From an uncultured Actinomycetes bacterium (GTDB lineage Bacteria > Actinomycetota > Thermoleophilia > RBG-16-64-13), in NCBI GenBank assembly GCA_963706025.1, contig CAVPLM010000003.1:512001-576000 (forward strand): a stretch of 64,000 bases of DNA. The letters are read 5' to 3'. Of the stretch, positions 50,359 through 60,388 are shown one piece after another. The notes beneath the pieces were generated by a model, which searched no databases, was not told where the DNA came from, and saw nothing but the letters and a program-made list of their open reading frames with translations. A program made the position numbers and the translations under genes. The first letter of the stretch is position 1. Every line of letters begins with the position of its first letter.

Positions 50359-51622
50359 TCAATGCGCACGATCCGCCTCTTGCCGGTCGGCGGCCCGCCG
50401 CAGGGCGGAGACCACCGGCAGTTCCTGCCCGGAAAGAAAGCGGACCATGCCCCCACCCGAGGTACAAACGTAGCCCATCCGCTCGAGGACTCCGAACTTG
50501 GCACCGGCCGCGACACTGTCGCCGCCGCCGATTACCGAGTAGCCTGGAGAGCTGGCGATGGCCGTCCACAGCCGGCGGGTGCCTTCTGCGCTCTCCACCT
50601 CTTCATATATCCCGGCGGGCCCATTCACGAAGATGGTCGCCGCCTGGCCGATCACCAATTCGTACGCCTCGATGGTCTTGCGACCGATGTCGATCAGTAG
50701 GTGGTCGCTGGGCAGCTCGTCCAGGCCGATCTCCTTGCGACCGCCGTGGTCGATGGCGAAGTCGACCGGACTCAAGATCTTCTCCCCGTATCTGGCGTCG
50801 AGTTCCCTGGCCTTCTCGATGAAAGGTGTGAGACCCTTCTCCTCTATGAGGCGTTCGCTAGGCAGACCCAAGGACGTACCCCGGGCCAGGACCATCACTT
50901 CCCCGTTGAGTCCGCAGCTAAGACACCGATCGGCAGCTCCCGTGCTCAGCACAGCCTCCATCATGCTGAAGGCATCGGCGATACGCGCTCCTCCCAGCAC
51001 ATACACGCACGGGTGACTGGGAGTCTCCTTTGACCCGAGCCAGGGCACCGAACTCCTCGATGAAAAGCCGCCCGGCGGCGGTGGGTAGCACCTCCGCAAA
51101 TCCCACCAGAGAGGGCGAGTAGCGATGCGCAGCCGCAAAGGCCTCGTTTACGAACAGGTCTGCCAATGGAGCCAGATTCCGCACCAGTCTGGTCGCGGCC
51201 AGTTCGGCTGGGGTCAGCTTGACAAAGTTCACGAAGGTGGACACTTCTTCTGAGTAGTAGCGCACATTGTTCAGAAGGAGGAGTTCCCCGGGTTTGAGCG
51301 ACTTGATCGCCTCGACCGCGGCCGGCCCGGCTATGTCGTCGATGAAGTCGACCGGACGTTTGAGCAATTCGGCCAACCGCTTCGCGTGCGGCTCCAAGGA
51401 AACAAGATTGTGATAGTCCTCAGTGTCACCCTGGTGGGCCAGAATAACCACCCTGGCACCGGCATCCGCGAGCTCCCTGATGGTGGGCAGGCTCTTCTGG
51501 ATACGGTTGTCGTTCACCAGTTGCCTGGTCTCGCGGTCGATGGGCGAGTTGATATCGACCCTCAGGAGGACGGTCTTGCCCTCAAGAGCAAAGTCGTCGA
51601 GCGTGTGTATGCCTGCTTCCAT
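50359..51622 (-). CDS. pgk: Phosphoglycerate kinase (archaeal-like); apparent frameshift near 51030
   Basis: LLRVDINSP, LAHQG, NNVRY, AFAAAHR, DIG, NGPAG, IGGGDS and TSGGG. Confidence 0.92.
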
Positions 51623-51647
51623 GACGTCCGGTCTCCACCCGTGAAGG

Positions 51648-52676
51648 TCAGGCCCGGACGCGCATGCCCAGGTACTTGTTGGTGAGCCCCACGGCCTCCA
51701 GCCGGTCCGTCTGCATGGGAACGCAGGCCCGAATGCCGTCGATGGTTTCAGGGATGACCACCGCTTCCTGGGGGATGTAGATGGCGAACATGACGTCCTT
51801 GCCGGAAAGACCAACGCATTCCTCCCACACGCCGATCTCATACATGTCGGCCCGTTTGGTGCCGAGATGCCGCGCGTACTGGAAGAAGGCCGCGTTGGAG
51901 TTAAAGCCGTCCGAGATCTTGACTACCCGGATGCGCGGGTGCTGCTTGAAGATGGAGATGACTTCCTCCACGCCGATGGACTTCTTGGGAGTGGCGACCA
52001 GGTTGACTATGTGCCCGTGAGTGACCGGCGTATGGACGAGCAGGCCGGTGGCATGCACGTGAGGCATGATCTTCATCAGGTCGACGCACTGATGGTTGGG
52101 GACTTTTTCCACCTGGAGAACGTCGACCAAGCCCCGGTGAGTATCGCCCGGGTCGGCCACCCGGCGGATGATGGTGATGGCCACCTTCTCCATCCCCACG
52201 ACCCGGTCGAGGGCATCCACGGCCCGGATGAGGCCGGTGGTGTTGCACGAGGTCAGCTTGAGGAAGTCCTTTCCTATGCCATTCTCGTAGTTGGCGTACC
52301 CGTGGAAGAAGACATCGGCGATGTCGTCTTTCTCGCCCCCCTGAAAGATGGCTTTGACATCGTGCTTGCGATAGAGATCCTTCATCTTGGCGCCGACGCC
52401 ACCGGGTGTGGCGTCCAGGGCCACATCGATCTGCGCGAGGAGGTCTTCAAGCGAGCCTGCCAACTGTACGCCGGCGGCGGAGAACTTGTCCTTCTGTCCT
52501 TCGTCCACGTAGAAGACTTTGAAAGGCGCACCGCTCTCCTGGAGAGCGCGCAGCGGCAGGGTAGGGGCGACGTCAGCCACCCCGACCAGCTCCATGTCGC
52601 CTTGGGCCGCGACCCCATCGGCGAGCCTGCTCCCGATGGTCCCGTAACCGATTACTGCTACTCGAATCTTACTCAC
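51648..52676 (-). CDS. gap: Glyceraldehyde-3-phosphate dehydrogenase, type II (archaeal-type)
   Basis: GYGTIG, DATPGGVG, IFQGGEK, catalytic SCNTTGL, RRVADP and QEAVVIPETID. Confidence 0.93.
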   Translation of the reverse strand: MSKIRVAVIGYGTIGSRLADGVAAQGDMELVGVADVAPTLPLRALQESGAPFKVFYVDEGQKDKFSAAGVQLAGSLEDLLAQIDVALDATPGGVGAKMKDLYRKHDVKAIFQGGEKDDIADVFFHGYANYENGIGKDFLKLTSCNTTGLIRAVDALDRVVGMEKVAITIIRRVADPGDTHRGLVDVLQVEKVPNHQCVDLMKIMPHVHATGLLVHTPVTHGHIVNLVATPKKSIGVEEVISIFKQHPRIRVVKISDGFNSNAAFFQYARHLGTKRADMYEIGVWEECVGLSGKDVMFAIYIPQEAVVIPETIDGIRACVPMQTDRLEAVGLTNKYLGMRVRA

Positions 52677-52754
52677 TTCAGGCCTCCCTCCATTGGTACA
52701 GATCCCGACCACGCGGTCGGCTCACGGAGCCTCGCCGGTCCCTCGACTCCTGCA

Positions 52755-54185
52755 TTACCCAGCGTGAAGCGCGCAGCCGGCAGCGGCAAGAGCAGCTTCT
52801 CCGAGGGCCTCGGACAGCGTGGGATGTGCACGGATGACCGAGGAAAGCTCGGTCAGCGTGGCCTCAAGTTCCATGGCCAGCACCGCCTCCGCCAGAAGCT
52901 CTCCAACGTGGGGTCCGACCATGTGAACGCCGAGCACCTGGCCGAAACGTGCTTCGGCTACTATCTTCACAAGCCCGGAATCGCTCGCCTGGGTCTGTGC
53001 GCGACCCGAGGCCGAGAAGGGGAATCTCCCCACCAGGACTTCACGGCCAGTCTCCCTTGCCCGCGCTTCGGTCAGCCCCACGCTTGCTACTTCTGGGTCC
53101 GTATAGGTGACCGAGGGAATGCGATCGGCCCTGACTGGCTGGGGCGAGAGACCGGCCAGCTTCTCGACCGCGACTATGCCCTGGCGAGATGCGACGTGAG
53201 CGAGCAACGCCTGCCCCGTGACATCCCCGATGGCCAGCACCGAAGGCACATTGGTCACCTGGTAAGCATCTGTCAAGACGTACCCTCGAGAGTCGGTCTT
53301 GATACCAGCGGCGGCGAGGTTCAGCCCCTCGGTATAGGGGAATCTTCCGGCAGCCACAAGGACGTATTCCGCAGATAAACCATTGAGCGGTGCACCCGAG
53401 AACTCCACGCTCAAGCCACCCGTGTCCTCTCGAATCGCCTTGACTGCACTCTCTGTGTGGATTGACACCCCCTCGGCCGCAAGCGACTTGGCCAAGATCT
53501 TGCTCATATCAGAGTCCTCGCGGGGAAGGATCGACGGTAGCGCCTCTACGAGAGTGACCTTCGAGCCCAAGCGGGCAAAAATGAGACTCCACTCGCAGCC
53601 CACTGCCCCCGCGCCCACGACGATCAAGCTGGATGGGATTGACTTGAGAGCGAGCGCTCCGTCGGAGTCGAGCACCCGAGGATGATCGGCGCCGGGAATA
53701 GGCAGTGCCGCCGGCTTCGAACCGGTCGCCACCATAATGTGGGCGGCCTCCACCGTCTCTTGGGCGCCAAGCGCCGCGCCCTTGCCGGCACCGATATCGG
53801 CCTCAACCGGCTCGACGACCAGCGTGCGCGGTCCCACGAAGGAAGCGCGCCCGGCCAGGACCTCCACCTTGGCGTGCCTGAGCAGGGTGCGTACCCCGCT
53901 GCGGAGCTTGGCGACCACGTCCTCGCGGCGCTCAAGAGCAGCCGCATAGTCGATGCGTGGCTCCCCCTTGACGATCACCCCGTAGGTAGCGGCGTGCCGC
54001 ACTTCATGAGCGACCGCCGCCGTCTGCAGCATCGCCTTGGTGGGGATGCACCCTCGGTTCAGGCAGATGCCTCCCAGATGGGTGCTCTCGATCAGAGTCA
54101 CCTTCATCCCCAGTTGAGCGGCACGCAGAGCGGCGACATATCCGCCGGGTCCCGCGCCGATGATAGCGAGATCAGTCGTTGCCAT
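52755..54185 (-). CDS. lpdA: Dihydrolipoyl dehydrogenase (E3)
   Basis: GAGPGGY, GGICLNRGCIPTK and HPTLSE. Confidence 0.95.
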   Translation of the reverse strand: MATTDLAIIGAGPGGYVAALRAAQLGMKVTLIESTHLGGICLNRGCIPTKAMLQTAAVAHEVRHAATYGVIVKGEPRIDYAAALERREDVVAKLRSGVRTLLRHAKVEVLAGRASFVGPRTLVVEPVEADIGAGKGAALGAQETVEAAHIMVATGSKPAALPIPGADHPRVLDSDGALALKSIPSSLIVVGAGAVGCEWSLIFARLGSKVTLVEALPSILPREDSDMSKILAKSLAAEGVSIHTESAVKAIREDTGGLSVEFSGAPLNGLSAEYVLVAAGRFPYTEGLNLAAAGIKTDSRGYVLTDAYQVTNVPSVLAIGDVTGQALLAHVASRQGIVAVEKLAGLSPQPVRADRIPSVTYTDPEVASVGLTEARARETGREVLVGRFPFSASGRAQTQASDSGLVKIVAEARFGQVLGVHMVGPHVGELLAEAVLAMELEATLTELSSVIRAHPTLSEALGEAALAAAGCALHAG

Positions 54186-54190
54186 GGGCG

Positions 54191-55584
54191 TCAACAGACT
54201 GCGAGCAGCTCATAGGGCTGCTCAAGGTAGTGTTTGACTGTGCGCAAGAAGGCTGCGGCCGGGGCTCCGTCGATGATCCGGTGGTCGAAGGTCAGACTCA
54301 GATACATCATGGAACGGATGGCGATCTGGCCGTCCAGGACCACCGGTTTTTGAACGATGCGGCCGATCCCTAGGATTCCGGCCTCGGGAAGGTTGATGAT
54401 GGGGGTGAAGGCATCGATCTCGTAGGTGCCCAGGTTGGTGACCGTGAAGGTCCCTCCGGTCACATCGTCGGCAACCAGCGTACCGGCCCGGGCCCGTTCG
54501 ATCTTGTCCCGCGACTCCTGGGCTATAGCCTGCACACCCTTGACGTCGGCGTCGTGGATCACCGGGACCACCAGGCCGTCGGCAACCGCGACCGCCACCC
54601 CCACGTTGACCGCGTCCAGCAGCTGGATCTCTTCTTCGCCCACTCGGGCGTTCATCAGGGGGTGCTCGCGCAATGCTTGGGCCGTGATCTTGACCACGAT
54701 GTCGGTGTAGGAGGGACGTACTCCGCCCTGGCTCTCGGCCCGGGCCAGCAAGCAGTCGCGCATCCGCACCGTTTCGGTGACGTCCACTTCGGTGGTGTGC
54801 GTGACCCGGGGGATGGTCCGGGCGCTCTGGAACATCCTCTGGGCGACGATCCGACGCAGGCCGGCCATGGGCACCACGGAGGCGATCTCCGCCGGGGCCA
54901 GGGGCAGACCCGCCCGGGTGGCGGAGCCCACGTCGGCCGGGGCCGGCCCCGCAGCAGGTGCCCCCGCGGCGAGGACATCGGCTCCCCGGATGCGGCCGCT
55001 AACCCCGGTGCCTGCCACGCCGGCCAGGTCCACTCCGGACTCGGCGGCCAGCTTCTTGGCTAGGGGCGTGGCCCGGACCGTGCCGACTGCGGCCTGCTCG
55101 TTCTGCGTACTTGGCCACATCGTCTTCGGTCACCCGGCCCCCGGGACCGGTGCCGGTGACCAGAGCCAGATCGAGGCCCCGCTCGCGTGCCGCCCGCTTG
55201 GCCGCTGGAGAGGCCTTCACGTATTCGCCGCTCCCAACCGACTGGGCGGCCACGGTCGCCACGGCTTCTGCGGGCTTGGTGGCATCGGCCCGTTCCTCGC
55301 CAGGCTCGGCGGTCGCAGCTGCGTCCTTATCGGGCACTTCCTCCCCAGCTTCGCCGATCCAGCAGAGGGCCCCCTCGACCGGGACGACTGTATCCACGGG
55401 AGCCACGATCTTGAGCAGCACCCCGGCTTCGGGGGCTTCGACCACATTGTTCACCTTGTCGGTGAGCACCTCCACAATCGACTCGCCCTTGGCGACGGCC
55501 TCTCCCTCCTGCTTCAGCCACTCAGTCACCGTGACTTCCTGCGGTGGTGAGTCCCATATAGGGCACATTCACTCTGGTCGCCAT
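54191..55584 (-). CDS. Dihydrolipoamide acyltransferase (E2); apparent frameshifts near 55545 and 55110
   Basis: Lipoyl motif EVLTDKV, two E3-binding domains (ASPAAKR..GTGPGGRV and ATPLAKK..GTGVSGRI), and DHRIIDG. Confidence 0.9.
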
Positions 55585-55593
55585 GATTGCCCC

Positions 55594-56571
55594 CTAAAGG
55601 AGTCCGCGGACGGCACTAGCGATGTCGTTCTCATCGGGGATGAAGGCCTTCTCGAGCACCGGGCTGAAGGGAACCGGAGTGTCCCACCCGCACACGCGCG
55701 CCACCGGGGCATCCAGGTAGTCAAAGACGTTCTCCGTTATCCGCGAGGCGATCTCCGCCCCGATGCCGCACGGTCTTGCGAGCTTCGTGAACGATGACCG
55801 CCCGATGGGTCTTACGCACCGATTCACAGATGCGCTCCAGGTCCAGGGGCCTGATGGTGCGGGGGTCGATCACCTCCACGCTCATGCCCTCCTCGGCCAG
55901 CTTCTCGGCCGCCGCGAGCGCCTTGGGCACCATGGCCGATATGGCGACCACGGTGACATCCGTGCCCTCTCGGGGAACCGCGGCCACCCCGAAGGGGATG
56001 GTGTACTCCTCCCCCTCGTCCGGCACCGGTCCGGTGGTCCGGTAGAGCATCTTGTGCTCGATGAAAACCACCGGGTCCTCGCCCCGGATGGCGGTCTTTA
56101 AGAGACCCTTGGCATCATACGGGGTGGCCGGCATCACCAGAAGGAGGCCGGGCGAATGCAGTATCCAGGCCTCCAGGCACTGGGAATGGTGGGCGGCTGC
56201 TCCGCGGCCGGCACCTTCCGCGGTCCGGATCACCAGGGGCAGCTGGCTTTGCCGCCGAACATGTACCGGATCTGGCCCGCTTGGTTGGCGATCTGGTCCA
56301 GGCACACCCCGAGGAAGTCGGTCTGCATGATCTCCGGCACGGGGCGCATGCCCGTCATGGCCGCCCCTATGCCGCAGCCCACGATGGCCGATTCAGATAT
56401 GGGCGTATCGCGGACTCTCTCCTCGCCGAACTGCTCGCGCAGGTCGCCGCTCACGCCGTAGATCCCCCCGTAGGGTCCGCAGTCCTCGCCGAACATGAAC
56501 ACGGTCGGATCGCGGAGCATCTCTTCCCGGAGGGCTTCTCTCACCGCCTGACTGTAGGAAATCTCTCTCAT
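55594..56571 (-). CDS. 2-oxoacid/acetoin dehydrogenase E1 beta subunit; apparent frameshifts near 56250 and 55775
   Basis: [36 protein letters not shown] and FDYLDAPV across three frames. Confidence 0.9.
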
Positions 56572-56599
56572 TTACGTGCTCCCCTAGTCATGGAAGAGG

Positions 56600-57616
56600 C
56601 TACAGGCCTGAATCGGCCAGATGGGCAAAAGCGGGGCTGTAGACGTCGGTCTTGCCGTCCTTCAACTCCGGGAAGGGGGCGCTCTTCGCATAAGCGACGG
56701 CCGACTCTATCTCCGCGTCGATCTCCGCGTGGATGGCGTCCAGTTGCTTCTGGGTAGCTTGCTTGGACTCCTTCAGCCACACTCCGAACCGGGCGATGGC
56801 GTCCTTTTCGGGGGCCTCCCACTGCTGCATCTCCTCGGCCGAGCGATAGCGCATCCCCCGGCCGGGATCACCCTCGAAATGCCCGCGCAGGCGATAGGTC
56901 TTGCACTCGACCAGAGACGGCCCCTCTCCGGACCTGGCCCGCTCAACGGCGGCCGCGACCGCCTCGTAGACGGCCATCACGTCGTTTCCATCTACAACGA
57001 CACCGGGCATGCCGTAGCCCGGCGCCCTGTCGGCCACGTCAGTGATGGCCTGATGCCGTTCTTGCGAAACCGAGATGCCATAGCCGTTGTTCTCGCAGAC
57101 AAAGACGAGGGGCACCTTCCAGGTGGCCGCCAGGTTGAGCGCCTCGTGCGCCGCTCCAGAGTTGGAGGCGGCATCCCCGAAGAAGGCCAGACAGACCTGG
57201 CCTGATTGGCGCAGCAGGGCGGAGTAGGCAGCCCCGACGGCTATGGGAAGACCGGAGCCGACGATGCCCATGGCGCCCAGAATGCCCAGGTCCAGATCGG
57301 CGATGTGCATGGACCCGCCCTTGCCCTTGCAGTATCCGGTCGCCCGTCCGAAGAGCTCGGCCATCATCTTGTCGGTCTGGCCGCCCTTGGCGATCAGATG
57401 GCCGTGGCCCCGGTGGGTGCTCGTGATGTAGTCGTCAGGCTTGAGGGCGCTGCACGCTCCCACGGCCACCGCCTCCTCGCCTGCGTAGAGGTGGGCGAGG
57501 CCGGGCATGGTGCCCTCGGCATACATCTCCACGATCTTCTCCTCAAACCGCCGTATGCGCAGCATCTTGCGATACATCTCGAGGAGCTGCTCTCTGCTCG
57601 GGCTCTTGGGGCTCAA
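56600..57616 (-). CDS. 2-oxoacid/acetoin dehydrogenase E1 alpha subunit (TPP-dependent)
   Basis: HLYAGEEA, STHRGHGH, GKGGSMH, FFGDAA..ENN and TYRLRGHFEGD. Confidence 0.93.
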   Translation of the reverse strand: MSPKSPSREQLLEMYRKMLRIRRFEEKIVEMYAEGTMPGLAHLYAGEEAVAVGACSALKPDDYITSTHRGHGHLIAKGGQTDKMMAELFGRATGYCKGKGGSMHIADLDLGILGAMGIVGSGLPIAVGAAYSALLRQSGQVCLAFFGDAASNSGAAHEALNLAATWKVPLVFVCENNGYGISVSQERHQAITDVADRAPGYGMPGVVVDGNDVMAVYEAVAAAVERARSGEGPSLVECKTYRLRGHFEGDPGRGMRYRSAEEMQQWEAPEKDAIARFGVWLKESKQATQKQLDAIHAEIDAEIESAVAYAKSAPFPELKDGKTDVYSPAFAHLADSGL

Positions 57617-58034
57617 GTCGGAACTCCTTCACATTTCGTCGTCCGCAAACACCGACTCCTCATCGCGTAGGCTCTTTCGCTGGCCTGTCGATCCACCCTT
57701 GCCTAGTGCCGGTTCTCACCAGGCTCGGAGTATTGCCGAATAGCTGAACCGTGATCACTTCAGTCCTCGTCGTGTCTGAGGTCGAAGTGCAAGAAGTGGA
57801 ATTGTCATCAACCCAGACTCAGGACGACCCACTGAACCTTGGCCCCTTTCGAATTGTGGCAACCTATCCCTCAGGGTCGAACCCAACTTCACCGGACAAC
57901 CTCGGCTCTGCGTCCATGTCTCGTCTCGCCCAGTCCGTTCAGACGCCGCCGTTCATGTCGAGCATAGTTCAGGCGAAATACGGGGAGCCGTTGTACGGGA
58001 GAAGAGACGTGGAATTTGCGGTAACTGCCCCCCA

Positions 58035-58140
58035 CCGGATCTCCTCGACCCGCCAAAACGAGCGCCCGACTATACCGACAGTGTGATATTGGCCCAAAGG
58101 GCAGGTTTTGTCAATATGTCCAATCGCTTTCAGATAAAGA
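58035..58140 (-). promoter_or_regulatory. Promoter/leader copy A, driving the dehydrogenase-gap-pgk operon; inverted homolog of 59080-59183
   Basis: Minus-strand TTGACA (58114-58109), 17-nt spacer, CAATAT (58091-58086), embedded in about 105 bp alignable to copy B. Confidence 0.75.
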
Positions 58141-58188
58141 CAAACCCATGGCCCGGTCGGGTCTGCTGACAGCGCGTCGAGAGGTCAG

Positions 58189-59007
58189 CTACTCTTGGCG
58201 CTCGACTGGGGCAGGATAGTGCCCAGAGTAGCCCAAGGCGCGAGAGGCCTCCTCGTTTGCTGCGAGGACCGCCTTGACCGCCGCAGGCTTTCTTGCGTCG
58301 CGTCTGGACAAAGGCATGGCGATACTCAGCGCACCCAAGACGCTTTCCCCAGCGTCGAAGTAGGGGGCGGCTATGGCGCATATGCCTTCGTCAAACTCCC
58401 CTGGGTCTTCCGCATAGCCCTGTGAGGCGATCACCGCGAGTTCCTTACGCAGAAGCTCTGGGTCTGTGATGGTACGGGGTGTCTGTGCCGTAAGCTGGTG
58501 CGTCTCCAGGAAGTGCGTCAACCCGGGTTCGCCCAGGTACGCCAGCATAGCCTTGCCCGATGCACGGGAGTGGGCGGCGGCTCTGAGACCGGGTCGAAGT
58601 CCTGACACTCTTAGGTGTTGAGGACCCTCGACTACTGCGCGAAGGACCACATCACCACCTTCCCAGCTCGAGACGCAGGCTGTCTCACCAGTCAACTCTG
58701 AGAGATGGCCCAGAATCTGAATCAGATCTCTTTCAGGCCGCAGTTGACGGGAGTAGGTACCATAAAGGTTTCCCAGCGCTTGCCCAAGCCGAATCTTGCG
58801 GTCAGCCGCCTTGGATACATACTCTCGGTCGAGGAGCGTGTTGACCAGACGGTAGCACGTGGACAGGTTCAAATTGAGCGACTCGCTGAGCTGCTTCACT
58901 GTCGCTCCGTCCGACTGCTGTGCGAGCAGGTCGAGTACGCTCAGTCCACGGTCGAGCGTAAGAAGCCCTGCCGAGGCCTTATCATCGCTATCTAGAAGCC
59001 TTCTCAT
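58189..59007 (-). CDS. IclR-family transcriptional regulator
   Basis: TLDRGLSVLDLL..STCYRLVNTL HTH, ASGKAMLA, TPRTITD and GYAED..E..GICAIAAP; GGGGAGG upstream of ATG 59007. Confidence 0.93.
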   Translation of the reverse strand: MRRLLDSDDKASAGLLTLDRGLSVLDLLAQQSDGATVKQLSESLNLNLSTCYRLVNTLLDREYVSKAADRKIRLGQALGNLYGTYSRQLRPERDLIQILGHLSELTGETACVSSWEGGDVVLRAVVEGPQHLRVSGLRPGLRAAAHSRASGKAMLAYLGEPGLTHFLETHQLTAQTPRTITDPELLRKELAVIASQGYAEDPGEFDEGICAIAAPYFDAGESVLGALSIAMPLSRRDARKPAAVKAVLAANEEASRALGYSGHYPAPVERQE

Positions 59008-59079
59008 TAGTTGACAAAACCTCCCCGGTTTGCTCAAGAATATACCATGGCGCGCTCGATGACAGACACGCCCTGATAA

Positions 59080-59183
59080 TCTCTATCTGGAACAAATTAG
59101 GGATATTGACAAAACCCGTCCGGTACGCCAGTATCACTCTGTCGACAGTCGGGTGCTCGTGTTGGCGAGTCGTAGTGACCGGG
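59080..59183 (+). promoter_or_regulatory. Promoter/leader copy B, driving the ABC transporter operon
   Basis: TTGACA (59106-59111), 17-nt spacer, CAGTAT (59129-59134); homologous to the reverse complement of 58035-58140. Confidence 0.75.
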
Positions 59184-59229
59184 CTTTCCGCCCTACGAGG
59201 CGCATCCAGAGCCGCAAGGAGCTTGCGAA

Positions 59230-60312
59230 ATGAGCAAAGCGGATGTGGTGCTCGAGAGCATCACCAAAGTCTTTGGTCGTACCGTGGCCGTTGATAACTT
59301 GTCGCTGTCGGTCCAGGAAGGGGAGTTTCTCTCTTTGATTGGGCCGAGCGGCTGTGGTAAGACGACGACCCTTCGGATTATCGCCGGCCTGGAAGAGCCC
59401 ACCAGCGGCACCGTCATCATCAAGGACGAGCGCATGGAGCACGTCCCAGCTCACAAACGGGGCACGGGGATGGTTTTCCAGAGCTTCGCCCTGTTCCCGC
59501 ACATGAACGTGCAGAAGAACGTGGAATTCGGGCTCAGGATGCGCGGTGATGACGCGCAGACCAGAGCCGACAAGACAAGGAAAGCGTTGGCTTCTGTGGG
59601 ACTCGATGTTCTCGGTTCTCGAAGCATCTCGCAGTTGAGCGGAGGCCAGAAGCAGAGAGTCGCTCTGGCGCGGTCTCTGGTCACCGAGCCCAGCGTTCTG
59701 CTTCTTGACGAGCCGCTAGGATCACTGGATGCCAGCCTTCGCATCGTCATGCAAGGCGAATTGAAGGCGCTGCAGAAACAGCTTGGCATCACGTTCATCC
59801 ACGTCACCCACAATCAAAGCGAAGCTCTCGCAATGGCCGACCGGATAGCGGTCATGATTGAGGGCCGGATTGAGCAGTTGGGCACACCGTGGGAGATCTA
59901 CGATGAGCCGGCCTCGAAGTTCGTGGCACAGTTCGTGGGCAAGAACAATATTATCGACGGCGTAGTCGAGTCCGTTGACGGGACCCTGACAACCGTGTCC
60001 AGTCCTCTGGGTACGTTCCAGGCTCAATGCTCGGAGAAGAGGTGCCCCCAGGTTGGCAAAGAAGCGACTTATGTGGTGCGCGCCGACTGCTTGGTCATCG
60101 GGGAAGGAGGTGATGGCTTAGAGAACAGAGCAACCGGGATTCTGCAAGGAGAGGAACACATCGGTAACATCGCAACCTATGTGCTGGCCTCGGAGAACGG
60201 CCAACTACTCAAGGTAGAAGTGCACGAACGTACGACGGGGGGCTGGAAGCCTCAGTTTGGAGAGAAGCTTGGCGTTGCCTGGAAAACGGAGGATGCTCGC
60301 CTGCTTCTCTAG
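59230..60312 (+). CDS. ABC transporter ATP-binding protein (PotA-like)
   Basis: GPSGCGKTT, LSGGQKQR, LLLDEP and a TOBE-like C-terminus. Confidence 0.95.
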   Translation: MSKADVVLESITKVFGRTVAVDNLSLSVQEGEFLSLIGPSGCGKTTTLRIIAGLEEPTSGTVIIKDERMEHVPAHKRGTGMVFQSFALFPHMNVQKNVEFGLRMRGDDAQTRADKTRKALASVGLDVLGSRSISQLSGGQKQRVALARSLVTEPSVLLLDEPLGSLDASLRIVMQGELKALQKQLGITFIHVTHNQSEALAMADRIAVMIEGRIEQLGTPWEIYDEPASKFVAQFVGKNNIIDGVVESVDGTLTTVSSPLGTFQAQCSEKRCPQVGKEATYVVRADCLVIGEGGDGLENRATGILQGEEHIGNIATYVLASENGQLLKVEVHERTTGGWKPQFGEKLGVAWKTEDARLLL

Positions 60313-60388
60313 TTCTGGTGAGCGTGGAGGCGAGCACAGAGCGTTCCTGCCTGCGAATGCATCTCACTATTGATTGGGGGGCAAGAGG

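Noticed and set aside
316-56571. Programmed frameshifting or phase variation at the many frame breaks
   Set aside because: No shared slippery motif or long homopolymer at the sites; sequencing indels are a simpler explanation.
57751-58086. 111-aa plus-strand ORF
   Set aside because: No RBS or motif, and it overlaps the duplicated promoter/leader; treated as non-coding.
58035-59183. Transposon or invertible element defined by the inverted repeats
   Set aside because: The repeats are imperfect and promoter-shaped, and enclose only iclR with no transposase or recombinase.
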